Source of the DNA: Vicugna vicugna
Taxonomy: Eukaryota
DNA length: 64,000 nt
Reading direction: 5' to 3'
NCBI GenBank assembly: GCA_013265495.1
Contig: MU063611.1
Location: 806,001-870,000, forward strand
Part shown: one piece after another, positions 62,825 to 64,000 of the stretch
Numbering within the stretch: position 1 is the first letter of the stretch
Layout: each line of letters opens with the position of its first letter
Program-made: the position numbers and the translations under genes
The notes under the pieces: generated by a model
Told to the model about the DNA's origin: nothing
The model's input: the letters and a program-made list of their open reading frames with translations, nothing else
The model's database searches: none

Positions 62825-63210
62825 TCCACTGTCTATCAGTAGGAATATGAAACAAATGGGTGGTCTATTCATATAATGGAATACTACTCACAATTTTTTT
62901 TTAAAAGTAAGTACTAAACACGTAACACATTGATGAACTGCAAAAACAACATGAGTGAAAGAAGCCAAGTACAAAAGTATATACTGCATGATTCTATTTT
63001 TATGAAGTTCTAGAAGAGACAAAACCAATCTAATGATGACAGAAAACCAGTGGTTGTCTCTGTGATGGAGTGGAAGGGCAGGAACTGACAGGAAGAAGCA
63101 ATTTGGGGAGTGATGAAAATGTACATCCTGTCTTGGTGGTAGTTTATCAAAACTCATTGAACTCAATTGTGTGTTTTTTACTATAGCTTAATTATCACTC
63201 AATTAGAAAC
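62825..63210 (+). mobile_element. L1M (MC/ME-type) 3' end
   Basis: attcatataatggaatactactca...gagtgaaagaagcca...tactgcatgattc...aaaaccaatct...tcaaaactcattgaact. Confidence 0.85.
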
Positions 63211-63214
63211 AATA

Positions 63215-64000
63215 TAATGGGAGCAAAATAAATACGTTTCAGATTAACAAAGACTGAGATTGAAAGAACTTACCATTCACAGGCCCTCTCTGAAAAACGT
63301 ACTCAAGGATGTTCCTCGTAAACAAGAAAATTAAGTGAGGAGTTGAAAAAAATTAGAGCAAAGAATCAAAGAAACTAGGGAACCATCAACTGTATAAAAG
63401 AACGCCAAAAAATATTCATTAATCCTATGTGTGTGTGTTTCACAGGTAGAATTAAATACTACAAAATAAAAACATGAAAAGCAGGAGCTACTGCTTTTTC
63501 ATGAAATGAACAGGGATATTGATTAAATTTAGACTTTTTAGGGCAAGTATGCATGCAAAAAAGGAATGAAAACACCTAAAAAGATATAATAGTATATAAC
63601 ATCTGGAGTAGAAGGGGATATCCGAAGGCAACAGGGATAAAGAACACTCAATGAATCTAATAGACACCATCAAACACAGGCACAAGCACACACATACACA
63701 CACACACAAGACAGAGAATGAAGAATCAAAGAAATATGTGGTAATTATAAAGTACAAAATAAAATGGTGGAAATAGAGACCGATAATGACAAAAATATAC
63801 AAAAATATAATGTTTTTTAAAAATATATAGTCTCCAATTATATACTGCTTCCAAGAGGCACACCTAAACACTATGCCAAAAAGATCACAAGTAAAAAAGT
63901 GCAAAATTATACAATGGGCAAATACTAGTGAAAATAAAATTGACATAGTCATATTAAATTAGGCAAAAATACATTTACAGGAGACAATATGTCATTAAAA
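63215..64000 (+). mobile_element. Old L1 ORF1-end, spacer and ORF2 endonuclease start (degenerate), running off the window
   Basis: aaacgtttcagat...aaagactgag...tatatactgcttccaagaggcacacctaaac (C-CLQETHL region), ggcaaatacta. Confidence 0.7.

Noticed and set aside
63488-63952. 154-aa minus-strand ORF
   Set aside because: Antisense to a degenerate L1 and spans a CA repeat (VCVCVC); low-complexity F/I/L composition
1-64000. CRISPR array, prokaryotic operon, rRNA/tRNA/snRNA genes, NUMT, processed pseudogene, CpG-island promoter
   Set aside because: No regularly spaced repeat-spacer units, no recognisable RNA-gene or mitochondrial sequence, no long homologous ORF, and CpG is depleted throughout. 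Content of the N-runs cannot be excluded

Overview
AT-rich, CpG-depleted eutherian genomic DNA that reads as a long intron or gene desert. I could not support any protein-coding gene, RNA gene, CpG island or CRISPR array. Much of the window is old interspersed repeat: MIR, L2, L1M/HAL1-type LINE fragments, MLT1/MLT2 solo LTRs, and MER5, MER81, MER103 and Tigger-type DNA elements. There are also a few younger L1 3' ends of cetartiodactyl, probably camelid, type. I saw no Alu, B1/B2, Bov-tA, PRE1, Can-SINE or ERE. Nine N-runs of 132-188 nt hide sequence. Unique stretches between repeats carry enhancer-like motif clusters and several exon-like segments that I could not match to a known protein. 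I found no convincing novel biological system. The best leads are a 41-bp-periodic triple ONECUT-type motif, a phase-compatible minus-strand exon chain, N-masked segments flanked by splice signals, AG|GT recursive-splice-like sites and two twin-primed L1 insertions. Repeat family names come from remembered consensus sequences, and their boundaries are approximate unless a TSD is given.
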